Assembly: GCA_025057135.1 (NCBI GenBank)
Contig: JANWXY010000022.1
Span: 1-60,459 of the forward strand
Length of the DNA stretch: 60,459 nt
Direction of reading: 5' to 3'
Origin: Bacteroidia bacterium
GTDB taxonomy: Bacteria; Bacteroidota; Bacteroidia; SpSt-205
Shown: piece by piece, positions 39,402-49,100 of the stretch
Layout of the letters: every line of letters starts with the position of its first letter
Numbering within the stretch: the stretch's first letter is position 1
Translations under genes and position numbers: made by a program
The notes under the pieces: generated by a model
Databases searched by the model: none
Told to the model about the DNA's origin: nothing
What the model saw: only the letters and a program-made list of their open reading frames with translations

Positions 39402-39818
39402 TCATGAACGGCGATTTTTATTGGGAAGGGGAGGCACGCTTTCAGGCTTTCGCAGGGCTTCTTCACCAGTCCAACAGCGCACCTCTAACTTAGCCCCCTT
39501 CTGGCACTCTAAGTGCCGAGCCCTGATTTCTCCTTGTATGCAAGCGGTGGGCGCTATTTCTACTATATCATCTGCGATGATTTCACCTGTAAAATGTCCG
39601 GCCACATGAACCTGCCCAGCATGAATCGTCCCGGTGACTTCGGCAGAAGGTGCAAGCACAAGGCGACCCTCTACTCGGAGGTTGCCGTGGTAGGTTCCTT
39701 CAATGCGCAAGTTACCCGGTGTGTGAAACTCTCCCCTGGTTTCGCTACCTTCACCAAGCAAGGAGAGGGCTTTTTCATAAGCTCCGTTGGATGAAGAGTT
39801 TTTTCTCCAAAAACTCAC
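39402..39818 (-). CDS. Bactofilin (polymer-forming cytoskeletal protein)
   Basis: LRIEG...G.L.V.G.L.L...A.V.G.I.A..V.V.G beta-helix repeats; GTG start after a TATATTTG box. Confidence 0.88.
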   Translation of the reverse strand: MSFWRKNSSSNGAYEKALSLLGEGSETRGEFHTPGNLRIEGTYHGNLRVEGRLVLAPSAEVTGTIHAGQVHVAGHFTGEIIADDIVEIAPTACIQGEIRARHLECQKGAKLEVRCWTGEEALRKPESVPPLPNKNRRS

Positions 39819-39915
39819 GCAGCAAATATACTGATACTACACCGTTTCACACACTGTAAATGACGAGCTATCCTACCGCTTTTAGGCATCCCTGGGGAGC
39901 TAAGCGATTAGTGCT

Positions 39916-40692
39916 TCACTTTCGGGGGAAGATTCCGTATATGCTGCTGCCGCTTCCGTTCATGCTGGCATACAAGGCTCCAGCATCATATAAGGCTTTC
40001 TTGAGACTGACGAGGGTGGGATAAATCTGAAAGCTGACATGCTCTAAATCATTGTGGAGCTGCTCAGGCCATACTTCTATGCCACGATGGATAATGGGCT
40101 GTATGGATGTTCGGCTCCAGTGAGTACTGCGTAAGCCGCGATAAACGTGTTTAGTGGAACAAGGCACGGGGGGCGTCAGCATGACAATCTCATAAGCACT
40201 CAAGTCTATGGAAAAGGGGGTAAGTTGCGTCCCCGTATCGGTAGCAAGCATAGGACCCTCATACAGGAAAAAAGGTACATCACTGCCAACCTCAGACGCC
40301 ACTTCATGCAGGAAAGACAAAGGGAGCTCTAATACCTCTTGCATGATCCGCAGGAATGCCCCGCTATTACTTGAGCCGCCTCCTAACCCCCCACTCACAG
40401 GAATGCGCTTATGTAACCGAACGGACATCGCAGGTAGAGGCCGACCGAGCTTCTCTCTCAGGGTGCGGTAGGTAGTTTCTAAATAGTTTTCCTCCGAGTC
40501 TGGTATCTCCATTCCAGTGAGATTTAGCTCTAGCCTATCTCGCCCAGACAAAACTCGGACTTCCAAATCGTCATACAGTACCGGATAAGGCACTAAAAGG
40601 GTTTCCAGAATATGATACCCATCAGGCCATCGGCCGAGTATGTGGAGTCCGAGATTGAACTTAGCGATGCTGGTGGCATAGTAAGTTTTCAT
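39916..40692 (-). CDS. ispE: 4-(cytidine 5'-diphospho)-2-C-methyl-D-erythritol kinase
   Basis: AKFNLGL, DGYH, IPVSGGLGGGSS, GSDVPFF, MNGSGS. Confidence 0.9.
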   Translation of the reverse strand: MKTYYATSIAKFNLGLHILGRWPDGYHILETLLVPYPVLYDDLEVRVLSGRDRLELNLTGMEIPDSEENYLETTYRTLREKLGRPLPAMSVRLHKRIPVSGGLGGGSSNSGAFLRIMQEVLELPLSFLHEVASEVGSDVPFFLYEGPMLATDTGTQLTPFSIDLSAYEIVMLTPPVPCSTKHVYRGLRSTHWSRTSIQPIIHRGIEVWPEQLHNDLEHVSFQIYPTLVSLKKALYDAGALYASMNGSGSSIYGIFPRK

Positions 40693-41594
40693 GACATTCT
40701 CTGGCGCTTGAGCAGGTAACGGCGCAAAGGTTCAAAAAAATCTGAGGCTAAATCCACCTCTACCCAATCTATGCGCTGTCTGATGCAGAAAGTCTTTAGG
40801 CGATTTTCCCAGGTCTGAAAGTGGCTTTGGTAAAGTAGCTGCATTTCAAGCGGATGTATCTTGACTTCTCGTCGGGACTCTATATCTATCAATCGCAAGG
40901 GCTCTAATGGAAGCTCAAATCGTCTTTCAGTCTTTTCATCCCAGATGCGAAAGAAAATCACCTCGTGCCCATCGTGGCGCAGACGCGCTAAACCCCGCAT
41001 AAATGCCCCCTCATTTTCAGGCAGAACGAACCCATCACTCAGAAGTAGAATAAGACTACGACGCCGAAGCCGTTCAGCTACTACCCCCATTACCTGTGGA
41101 AGCATAGTCAAACGGCCCCCGCTGATTCGTTTCCTTAGCGACTCCAACTCTAAAAGTATCCTTCGTAACCAAGTGCGTCGAGCCCGCGCAGGAAGCACAT
41201 ACTGGATATTCTCATCAAATACATACAGCCCCACAGCGTCTCTCTGCTGAATGAGGAGGTAAGCCAGAGCCGCACCTAAGAAAAGCGCATAGTCCAGTTT
41301 CGTGTAGGGGGATTTCAAAGGATAGTGCATGGAACCGCTCGTATCTATCAAAAGATACGCTTGAAGATTGGTCTCCTCTTCGTAACGCCGAGTATAAAGC
41401 CTCTCGCTTCGCGCAAATACTCGCCAGTCTACTTTATCCAGCCCCTCACCCTGTTGGTAAGGACGATACTCAGAAAACTCCACCGAAAAGCCTTGATACG
41501 GGCTCCGATGGAGCCCAACGAGAAAGCCCTCCACAATCTGACGGGCAACTATTTCCAAGTTAGCTAACTGAGCCGCTTGCTCTGGCCTAATCAC
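40689..41594 (-). CDS. DUF58-domain protein
   Basis: GLHRSP..GFSVEFSEYRPY, VDWRV.AR, LIDTSGSM, LLSD. Confidence 0.9.
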   Translation of the reverse strand: MIRPEQAAQLANLEIVARQIVEGFLVGLHRSPYQGFSVEFSEYRPYQQGEGLDKVDWRVFARSERLYTRRYEEETNLQAYLLIDTSGSMHYPLKSPYTKLDYALFLGAALAYLLIQQRDAVGLYVFDENIQYVLPARARRTWLRRILLELESLRKRISGGRLTMLPQVMGVVAERLRRRSLILLLSDGFVLPENEGAFMRGLARLRHDGHEVIFFRIWDEKTERRFELPLEPLRLIDIESRREVKIHPLEMQLLYQSHFQTWENRLKTFCIRQRIDWVEVDLASDFFEPLRRYLLKRQRMS

Positions 41595-42310
41595 AGCTCA
41601 TCCGAATCTATATCCTCCAGGTCGATTTCCTCTTCATCCCCCAGCCCCTCAGGTAGGTCTATTTGAATATCATCATCATCTATGCCCAAATCTTCATCTT
41701 CTACGGAGGGCAGAGGGTCCTGTGTGAGCAGCCTTTCCGTGGGTATCTCTATGTCGTCTAACTTAGGGTCAGAAAAACCTATGTCTTCGGAACCAGTAGC
41801 CTTAGAAGTAGTTGGGGTTTTAGATTGTCCTGCGGTGGAAATCGGCTGCTGCCCTGTAGAGGGCTTTTTACTCGAGGATGTCGCTACTTGTTGGCTTTGA
41901 GCGGCTCTTAGAGCACTTGGAGTAGGAGCCTGAGCGTCTGTAATATACACTCGGGCCAGGGCTAAGACTGGACGAGATTGACGAGGTAAGCATACAAAAA
42001 CAAAGTAAATGCCAGAATTGCGGAAAATCACTCGCCCCCTGTAAAGGTTTCGGCTGGCTTTGGAGCGATATAGAATAAATACCGCAGCTGGCTTTTTTGC
42101 CGAACGCACAACCGCCCAGAGTGTATCAGCAGCCGGAGCCGATGCAAACCTCGCCTCTAACCAAAGAGACAAGGGAGAAGCCGTCTGTAACTGAAACACC
42201 GTATCTGCGCCAACAAGCTGACCTTGCTGATTATATCCCTTTCCTAATCGGAGCTTACCCTGAGCATAAACGGCGACTAGCAGGCAATACATTAGGGGAA
42301 GCCAGCGCAT
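41591..42310 (-). CDS. Secreted hypothetical protein with acidic C-terminal tail
   Basis: Signal peptide, beta-rich domain, S/T/Q linker, D/E-rich tail; preceded by a TATATTTG box and coupled to the DUF58 gene. Confidence 0.7.
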   Translation of the reverse strand: MRWLPLMYCLLVAVYAQGKLRLGKGYNQQGQLVGADTVFQLQTASPLSLWLEARFASAPAADTLWAVVRSAKKPAAVFILYRSKASRNLYRGRVIFRNSGIYFVFVCLPRQSRPVLALARVYITDAQAPTPSALRAAQSQQVATSSSKKPSTGQQPISTAGQSKTPTTSKATGSEDIGFSDPKLDDIEIPTERLLTQDPLPSVEDEDLGIDDDDIQIDLPEGLGDEEEIDLEDIDSDEL

Positions 42311-42388
42311 TCCGTCAAATATACAGACAACTCCTCACTTCCACTCTGACAGGTGCTATTGAAACAACCACTCACAGGTAGGAGCGAT

Positions 42389-43165
42389 TCACCTGCGCAG
42401 AAGCAGATACAATCCCACACCGACGAGCGGCAAACTGAGAAGCTGTCCCATATTGACTGGTAGAGCCATTTGAAAAGCTTCTTGGGGCTCTTTTACGAAC
42501 TCTATAAGTATGCGCGCCCCGAAAACCCAAGTCAAAAATAACCCCAACGGTCTTCCCACTTTCCAGCTTTGAAGGGAGCCCTTTGCATAAAGGTATAGTA
42601 GCAGAAAAAACAAGGCGAGGTAGGTAGTGGCTTCATATATCTGCGTCGGATGGCGGGGATGAGGGTCTACACGCTCAAAGATAAATGCCCATGGAACATC
42701 CGTGATTTTTCCAAAAATTTCTGAGTTGAAGAGGTTCCCAATACGAATCAAAGAAGCGGTAAGCGCTGTTGGAATGGTAAGCCTATCAGCTAACCACAAG
42801 AAAGGCTGGTCGGGATGGCGAAGCGCGTATAAGTAAAGTGCAAGCAAAACTCCGGCCGTTCCGCCGTGGCTGGCGAGTCCGCCTTCCCATATTTTGAGAA
42901 TCTCTATTGGATTGGTGAGGTAGTACTCTGGCTCATAGAATAAACAGTGCCCCAGACGAGCCCCTAAGATAGTTCCCAAGAGAAGGTACCCTAAAAGTGC
43001 ATCTAAGTCTTTTTCGGGACGAGCTTCTCGGCGATAGATACGCTGCATGATATAAAAGCCGACAAAAAAACCTGTGGCGAATAGCAGCCCATACCAGCGA
43101 AGTTGTATGGGGCCGAGCGTCAGGAGCTCGGGACTCACATTCCACCGGATGTAAGCAAAAATCAT
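42389..43165 (-). CDS. lgt: Prolipoprotein diacylglyceryl transferase
   Basis: RWYG, GARLGH, GGLASHG, RIGNLFNSE, HPTQIYE. Confidence 0.95.
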   Translation of the reverse strand: MIFAYIRWNVSPELLTLGPIQLRWYGLLFATGFFVGFYIMQRIYRREARPEKDLDALLGYLLLGTILGARLGHCLFYEPEYYLTNPIEILKIWEGGLASHGGTAGVLLALYLYALRHPDQPFLWLADRLTIPTALTASLIRIGNLFNSEIFGKITDVPWAFIFERVDPHPRHPTQIYEATTYLALFFLLLYLYAKGSLQSWKVGRPLGLFLTWVFGARILIEFVKEPQEAFQMALPVNMGQLLSLPLVGVGLYLLLRR

Positions 43166-43998
43166 AGCTTACTCAGGAATGTTAGAAGGTCACCGTAAAC
43201 TTTTTCCCGAAAGGTCTCATGCAGAGGCTCATGATAGGAGCCTTCATAGGAAATGAGCTGCTTTTTCGGGGCAGGAAGGTGATGGAAAAACCGCTGTGTT
43301 GCTTCTGAGTCGCATACCGGATCCTCCTTAGGAAGGAGGAATAGATATGCACCTTCGGTCAATTTGGGTAAATCTTTCCACAGCTCCACCTGGGCGCGCT
43401 GAATCGCAGCAAACCAGCCCGCTGTCGCTACACGAAACACCAAGGGGTCTTGGGCATAGGCCAGAGCTTCCGCCTCATCATGGGTGAGATGCTTCGGCTC
43501 CAGTCCAGAGGGCAAACTCAAAGTGGGAAAAAAACGCGCGGCAATCTGTCCAAGGGTCTTTTTCCAAGCAGGAACTTGAAGACGCAGCTGAATCAGCGGA
43601 GCACTGACTATCGTCGCAGCAGGCGACCATATTTCTGGATACTTCTGCCGATATCGCAAAACAATAAGCCCTCCGAGGGAGTGCCCAAAAAGAACGGTAG
43701 GTTCAGAGAATTTCCCCTTCCAGTGGGTTCGTACAGCAGTCAAATCATACAGATACTCTTCCATATCGGTGATGAAGCCGCGCCTCCCTGTAGAGCGTCC
43801 GTGACCGCGCAGGTCCCAGACGAGATTACCCCAGCCCTGAGCAGACAAATACCGAATGACGGCTTCGTAGCGTCCACTGTGTTCTGCGTACCCGTGTACC
43901 CAGAGAATGCTGCCTCTGAGCTTACCAGTAGGTGGATACCAAATAGTGTATAGCCTTTCACCCTGGTACCCTGCGACCGTATGGATGTGCATTTCCAC
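43162..43998 (-). CDS. Alpha/beta hydrolase (lysophospholipase/monoacylglycerol lipase-like)
   Basis: HGYAEHSGRY, DLRGHG, GHSLG nucleophile, catalytic D and H (EDPV, YHE). Start GTG 43998 or ATG 43992. Confidence 0.9.
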   Translation of the reverse strand: MEMHIHTVAGYQGERLYTIWYPPTGKLRGSILWVHGYAEHSGRYEAVIRYLSAQGWGNLVWDLRGHGRSTGRRGFITDMEEYLYDLTAVRTHWKGKFSEPTVLFGHSLGGLIVLRYRQKYPEIWSPAATIVSAPLIQLRLQVPAWKKTLGQIAARFFPTLSLPSGLEPKHLTHDEAEALAYAQDPLVFRVATAGWFAAIQRAQVELWKDLPKLTEGAYLFLLPKEDPVCDSEATQRFFHHLPAPKKQLISYEGSYHEPLHETFREKVYGDLLTFLSKL

Positions 43999-44018
43999 TG
44001 GACAAAGGTAGAAACTCC

Positions 44019-45245
44019 TCACTCGTAGCGCAGAGCATCCACAGGATGAAGTCGGGATGCTTCCAGAGCCGGTTGGTAGCCCGCAAGTATTCCTACGATA
44101 CCACTCAAGAGCACCGAGAGTAGTACCCACCGCCACGGCATCACAAAAGTGCTTCCAATCAATACTGACACCAAGTTTCCTATCAATAGACCAAGAAGAA
44201 TGCCGCCAGCCCCCCCTATTAGAGCGATAACTATGGATTCTGTGAGAAACTGCCAACGAATCATCAACCGTGTAGCCCCCAGAGCCATCCGCAGGCCTAT
44301 CTCATGGGTACGCTCCTTAACGATGACGAGAAGGATATTCATCAGGCTCAAAGCCGCCCCAAGTAACGTGATTAGACTAATCCCAATCGTCGCCAGCGTA
44401 ACTATCCGAATCTGATCCAAGACAAAATCCGCAAGCTGCTCCCCCTGGATGATACTGAATGAGTCCTGCTCAGAGGGACGTAAGCGCCTGACCGTCCGCA
44501 TAGCGAGACGAGCGGCTTGGATGACATCGGGCACTTTCTCCACAGAAGGCGCACCGATATATAGAGAGACAGTGAGAGAGCGACTGTGATTTTGAGCTAC
44601 CGTCCACGGAATAAAACATTCCCAATCCAAACTAAACCCAAACAAACTACCCCGACGACTCAGGACACCGACCACTCTGTACAGCTGCCCTTGAATAATG
44701 ACCCATTTACCAAGTGGAGACTCATCGGTAAAAAGTTGGGTAGCGACATTATCTCCAAGGACTATTACAGGCTGATGATGTAAAACCTCTGAGGATGAAA
44801 AAAACCGCCCCTCAGCCAAACTAAGCTCTTGTATGCGGAAGTAGCTTGGGTCTACTCCCACGATGCGCACTTGCGCAGGTGTTTTCCGCCTCCCATACAT
44901 TGCCTGAGCTGAAAAATTGACAGGGATGTGCCGAGAGATGCGCGCCCCTGGATAAGAAAAGAGCTGTTCAAACTGCCTAACTTCCCAAAGGTGAATGGGA
45001 TTTCCCTCGCCCCCCATGGATAGTCGCCCCCGAGAGGTGCGAATGCGTATTTGAAAACCGCCTCCCCCCGATATAGAAAAAGCCTGACTGCCCAGTCCTG
45101 CAAGGTTCCGAGCGATAAAAGTACGCAGAGCCTCCAAAGAAGTAAGGATACCTACCAGAGCCGTAGTCCCAAATGCCAGGATGCTCAGCGTGAGAGCAGC
45201 GCGCAGGCGATATTCCCAGAGGGCTTTGAGGGCTTCGCGTATCAC
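44019..45245 (-). CDS. ABC transporter permease (MacB/FtsX family)
   Basis: GRFF, MNILLV.VKERTHEIGLRMALGA, QFLTES, PVDALRYE. Confidence 0.92.
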   Translation of the reverse strand: MIREALKALWEYRLRAALTLSILAFGTTALVGILTSLEALRTFIARNLAGLGSQAFSISGGGGFQIRIRTSRGRLSMGGEGNPIHLWEVRQFEQLFSYPGARISRHIPVNFSAQAMYGRRKTPAQVRIVGVDPSYFRIQELSLAEGRFFSSSEVLHHQPVIVLGDNVATQLFTDESPLGKWVIIQGQLYRVVGVLSRRGSLFGFSLDWECFIPWTVAQNHSRSLTVSLYIGAPSVEKVPDVIQAARLAMRTVRRLRPSEQDSFSIIQGEQLADFVLDQIRIVTLATIGISLITLLGAALSLMNILLVIVKERTHEIGLRMALGATRLMIRWQFLTESIVIALIGGAGGILLGLLIGNLVSVLIGSTFVMPWRWVLLSVLLSGIVGILAGYQPALEASRLHPVDALRYE

Positions 45246-46513
45246 CCTTTAGCGATATCCGTACGATAGTGACGACTTTCAAAGGGTAGCTTCTCAAGCC
45301 CTGCATAAGCGCGTTGGCGGGCGACTTCTAAAGTTTCGCCGAGCCCCACTACGGTGTAAGCTCGCCCCCCAGTAGTTCGGAGCTTGCCGCTTTCATCCGC
45401 CTCTACCCCAGCCCAATATACATATTCATTCGCTTCTAAGCGGGCGCCTCCTTCTTCGGTAGAAGGAAGCGCAATCAGCTGTCCTTTTTGAGGAGACTCA
45501 GGATAGCCCCGGGTAGCAGCGACCACACCGACACTAAAGCCTGGCCGCAAGCGAAGCTTAAGTTCGCTCAGCTTTTGAATGGTGTAATAGTATAATATCT
45601 CCTCCATAGAGTTTTCCACCAAAGGGAGGATAAGCTGGGCCTCTGGGTCACCCAATCGGACGTTGTACTCCAGCACATAAGGCTCTTCCTCCACCTTCAT
45701 CAATCCGATAAATAAAAATCCACGATAAGGCGTCCCTGCTTGACGAAGGGCATACAGAGTGGGCTCTATAACCTTTTCGCGGACGGATTCTATCCACTGG
45801 GAAGTATCAGCGGGTGCATAGCCTCCCATCCCACCAGTATTGGGGCCTTGGTCGCCATCGCCTAAGCGCTTATAATCGCGGGCAGCAGGGAAAATCACAT
45901 ACCCTTTCCCATCAGACAGCAAGATAACCGAGCGTTCCTCTCCGAGGAGAAACTCTTCTATGACGACAGTATGTCCAGCTGAGCCAAAACGAACACCCGA
46001 AAAACACTCTCTCAGAAAACTAAGAGCCTCCTCATTATTTTGGGCAACTAAGACGCCTTTTCCGCCTGCTAAACCACTGGCTTTCACCACGATGGGATAA
46101 GCCGCTCCTTGCAAATAAGCTTCTGCATCCGCTTGTCTCATGCGCTCAAAAACCACTGCAGAGGCGGTAGGCACACCTATCGTTTCCATAAACTGCTTGG
46201 CTTTGGCCTTGCTACTCTCTAAAAAAGCCAGCTTTTGAGGTGGAGCGATCACTTTGGCTACATCGTGGAGATCATCATACACTCCCCGCGCAATCGGGGC
46301 CTCAGGACCGACAATCACATAGTCAATCTTATTCTGGCGAACAAAGTCTCTCAGACGAGAGAAATCCGTTTCTTCTATGGGAACCCGCCGAATGGGCTCC
46401 TTCATCCCTGCATTTCCCGGAGCTACATACACCTCCATGTTTTTGGACAATAAAGCCTTATGAGCGATGGCATGCTCCCGAGCCCCTCGTCCCACCACCA
46501 AAAGCCGCACCAT
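45242..46513 (-). CDS. purD: Phosphoribosylamine--glycine ligase
   Basis: GAREHA, APGN, VGPEAP, GLAGGKGV, DYKR..DGDQGPNTGGMG, EYNVRLGDPE. Confidence 0.95.
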   Translation of the reverse strand: MVRLLVVGRGAREHAIAHKALLSKNMEVYVAPGNAGMKEPIRRVPIEETDFSRLRDFVRQNKIDYVIVGPEAPIARGVYDDLHDVAKVIAPPQKLAFLESSKAKAKQFMETIGVPTASAVVFERMRQADAEAYLQGAAYPIVVKASGLAGGKGVLVAQNNEEALSFLRECFSGVRFGSAGHTVVIEEFLLGEERSVILLSDGKGYVIFPAARDYKRLGDGDQGPNTGGMGGYAPADTSQWIESVREKVIEPTLYALRQAGTPYRGFLFIGLMKVEEEPYVLEYNVRLGDPEAQLILPLVENSMEEILYYYTIQKLSELKLRLRPGFSVGVVAATRGYPESPQKGQLIALPSTEEGGARLEANEYVYWAGVEADESGKLRTTGGRAYTVVGLGETLEVARQRAYAGLEKLPFESRHYRTDIAKG

Positions 46514-46561
46514 GCAGCAAAAATACAGGCTCTACCTTATCCGATAAGGAGCTCAGAACCA

Positions 46562-47227
46562 TTAGTGGGTGTCGTCCTGATGAAAATGAGCAGGCCAGCG
46601 CCTCAGTAACTTCACCAAAGTGCCCGTATCATGCATGTCGGACAGCTCAGCTTGATAGTTTAGGATTTTCTCTTCCCCATGACCTGTGGGTTTGAGTGTC
46701 CAATCATTTACTTCCACCAGCCAGTTCCATCCAGCCAGAGTTATATCTACCACACTTACCCCACCAAGGGCCTGATGTATCTCTTCCCATGCTGCATTTG
46801 CGGGGAGGTTCTGTATAAACTCCTCATCATGCACGACGAGCCAGAGGAGGATATCTACACATTTTATTTCTGAAAGGATGTGAAGCTGCTTCGGAGTGAT
46901 ACAACGCCCCAAAGGAAGCCAGTGTGCAGCACTCCAAGTTTTGACTTCCATGTTGAGATAGATTGCTTTGCGTGGATAGATCAGGAAGTCAGGCTTATTT
47001 TTTTCTGACGACTGCTTACGGAAACAGGGCATAAAATCTACTCCCTGTTCTGACAACCACTTCTCTGCGGCGATTTCGCCCAAAGCTCCCCGCAAATGAG
47101 TTAGGGGTTTATTCGGATAGTGTGGCTTCTGATAGCTCTGCCAGCGTGTGTGACGGTCCTCGGCTACTCGGACCGCATCTAAGATGGCTTGCCTGTGAAG
47201 GGATACTTTAGGTACAGAGCCATTCAA
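46562..47227 (-). CDS. Putative PD-(D/E)XK nuclease
   Basis: Motif I G..GE.AA (GALGEIAAEKWL), motif II PD (KPDFLI), motif III ExK (MEVKT). TTG start 1 nt after the upstream stop. Confidence 0.6.
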   Translation of the reverse strand: MNGSVPKVSLHRQAILDAVRVAEDRHTRWQSYQKPHYPNKPLTHLRGALGEIAAEKWLSEQGVDFMPCFRKQSSEKNKPDFLIYPRKAIYLNMEVKTWSAAHWLPLGRCITPKQLHILSEIKCVDILLWLVVHDEEFIQNLPANAAWEEIHQALGGVSVVDITLAGWNWLVEVNDWTLKPTGHGEEKILNYQAELSDMHDTGTLVKLLRRWPAHFHQDDTH

Positions 47228-47228
47228 G

Positions 47229-48668
47229 TCAGTGCTCCAGAGCTTTGTCTAAGAAGTCTTCTACAAGCTTTTCTACGGAGCCTTGTTTGGGCAGGGCAGC
47301 CATCATACCATACAAGGCCGCTGTGCGACGAGGCGGCTGATTTGACTGAGCCGTGCGACTGATGAGCCTCGCTACACCTCTTATCCACCTCTCAGGCAGG
47401 ACTGCCAAACCTGTGCGCAAAAGAGCCCTGCCCGCCCGTCTGCGCCAGCCACTTCTCTGCATTCGTGATTTCTCCTCCTCCACAGCAGCGGCCAAATCTT
47501 GTATGAAAGTTTCCACTACTCGCGCATGCCCAGCTGTAACCGTCAGATGTAGGCTTGCTGGATTCTGCTGGCGGTCTAAAAACCACCCCCTCTGAGCAAG
47601 TGCATCCCCTATCCGGTAAATATCCAGCGGAGCATGAGCGGCAATGGCGAGGATAGTTGCGTGGGGGTTACCGACGATGTAAAGCTCTGGTATTTTTGAA
47701 ACAGCTGAACGAATGCGCTGAGTAGTTTCCCAAGCCAAACGCGCGGCTTCCCTATAACCTGACTCTCCGAGATATTGAAGGACGGACCATGCGGCAGCGA
47801 TAGCCCCAGCCGAACGCGTCCCAGAAAAAGTCGCCGAGGCATAGATTCCCCCAGACCACCCGCTATAAATGAAAAACTGATACCGGCGAAGGCTCCTTTC
47901 CCGATACAGCACGACGGAGGCACCCTTAGGCGTATAGCCGTATTTATGCAGGTCCGCAGATATGCTGGTAACGCCCTCTACACGAAAATCGTAACTAGGC
48001 AGCTCAACGCCATTTTTCTCCAAAAAGGGCAAAATGAATCCCCCTACACAGGCATCCACATGACACAGCAGGTGATACTTCTGAGCAAGAGCGGCAATAT
48101 CACTGATAGGGTCTATCACTCCATGTGGATAAGAGGGAGCGGAGCCAATGAGGAGAATAGTCTGTTCAGAAATCGCCGCCTCCATAGCGCGTACATCCAC
48201 TTCCCCAGTAGAAGTTACTGGGACATGCACTACCTTGAGCCCAAGGTAGTGAGCCGCCTTGTCAAAAGCAGGATGAGCGGATGCAGGAAGGATGATTTCA
48301 GGCTGATAGAGGTGTGGCTTATATCTGCGAGCATAATCCCGGGCGGTCTTGACAGCGAGAAAGATGCTCTCCGTACCCCCGCTGGTGAGTGTGCCAGCCG
48401 CACTGGCAGGCGCATGAAGAATAGACTTGACGATGCCGAGAATTTCATTTTCCATTCGGCGCAAACTCGGAAATGCCATCGGATTGAGCGCGTTTTCGGA
48501 GATATAGTAGGCATAAGCCTGCTGAGCCAGACGAAGAAGCTCTTCGCTGTGATAATATACCAGACTCCACAGCCGACTGCTACTGCTATCAGTGTCCTGA
48601 GATTTTCGGGATAGTAGATCATTTAGGATTTCCTCGGCAGGGCGTCCAGCAGGTGGGAGCATGTACAT
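47229..48668 (-). CDS. PLP-dependent group II decarboxylase-fold enzyme, sphingosine-1-phosphate lyase-like
   Basis: NALNP..FP, TSGGTESI, SAHPAFDKAA, HVDACVGG, SADLHKYG (PLP Lys), C-terminal AALYGM...FLD. Confidence 0.82.
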   Translation of the reverse strand: MYMLPPAGRPAEEILNDLLSRKSQDTDSSSSRLWSLVYYHSEELLRLAQQAYAYYISENALNPMAFPSLRRMENEILGIVKSILHAPASAAGTLTSGGTESIFLAVKTARDYARRYKPHLYQPEIILPASAHPAFDKAAHYLGLKVVHVPVTSTGEVDVRAMEAAISEQTILLIGSAPSYPHGVIDPISDIAALAQKYHLLCHVDACVGGFILPFLEKNGVELPSYDFRVEGVTSISADLHKYGYTPKGASVVLYRERSLRRYQFFIYSGWSGGIYASATFSGTRSAGAIAAAWSVLQYLGESGYREAARLAWETTQRIRSAVSKIPELYIVGNPHATILAIAAHAPLDIYRIGDALAQRGWFLDRQQNPASLHLTVTAGHARVVETFIQDLAAAVEEEKSRMQRSGWRRRAGRALLRTGLAVLPERWIRGVARLISRTAQSNQPPRRTAALYGMMAALPKQGSVEKLVEDFLDKALEH

Positions 48669-48672
48669 ACAC

Positions 48673-48699
48673 CTAAGGTACAAAATATGCGTACTTTTG
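48673..48699. promoter_or_regulatory. Back-to-back -7 boxes (lyase gene / rbfA)
   Basis: TACCTTAG on - strand (48680-48673) and TACTTTTG on + strand (48692-48699), 4 and 3 nt from their ATGs. Confidence 0.6.
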
Positions 48700-48702
48700 A
48701 GC

Positions 48703-49092
48703 ATGGCACGCCCACCGAATCTTCGTCAGCAGCGCTTCGCCGCCGAGGTAAAACGATTGCTGTCTGATATCGTCCGAGAAGCGGTAGAGGAGCTCCCCGA
48801 ACTCTCAGGCTGCCTCGTGGAGGTGAGCGACATCCGAGTAACAGCCGACCTACAACAGGTACGGGCCTATCTACTCGTATCGCCCTCGGACAAACAGAAC
48901 TTCGTCGTACGCCTTCTCAACCAACACCAGAAGACCATTCGGTATCGGCTCTCCCAGCAAATTCGCAATCAGGTCAAGGTCATGCCGACCGTACAGTTTT
49001 TTGCGGACGAAGTAGAACTCCGGGCACGCCGTGTGGAAGAGATTCTAAAAAACCTCCCTCCACCTGCCAAAGACAGCCCCTCGGAAACCTGA
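48703..49092 (+). CDS. rbfA: Ribosome-binding factor A
   Basis: RQQR.A..V...LS.I, V.V..IRVTADL..VR.Y, IR..LS..IR.Q....P.V.F..D. Confidence 0.88.
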   Translation: MARPPNLRQQRFAAEVKRLLSDIVREAVEELPELSGCLVEVSDIRVTADLQQVRAYLLVSPSDKQNFVVRLLNQHQKTIRYRLSQQIRNQVKVMPTVQFFADEVELRARRVEEILKNLPPPAKDSPSET

Positions 49093-49100
49093 GCCCTCTT

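Noticed and set aside
41591-41605. C-terminal SDEL resembling the ER-retention signal KDEL
   Set aside because: Expected by chance in a D/E/L-rich tail of a bacterial protein.
43999-44256. N-terminal extension of the hydrolase ORF overlapping the ABC permease
   Set aside because: A -7 box at 44010-44003 supports a start at 43998/43992; the extension looks non-coding.
47775-48614. 279-aa antisense ORF
   Set aside because: Entirely opposite the well-supported PLP enzyme; no recognisable motifs.
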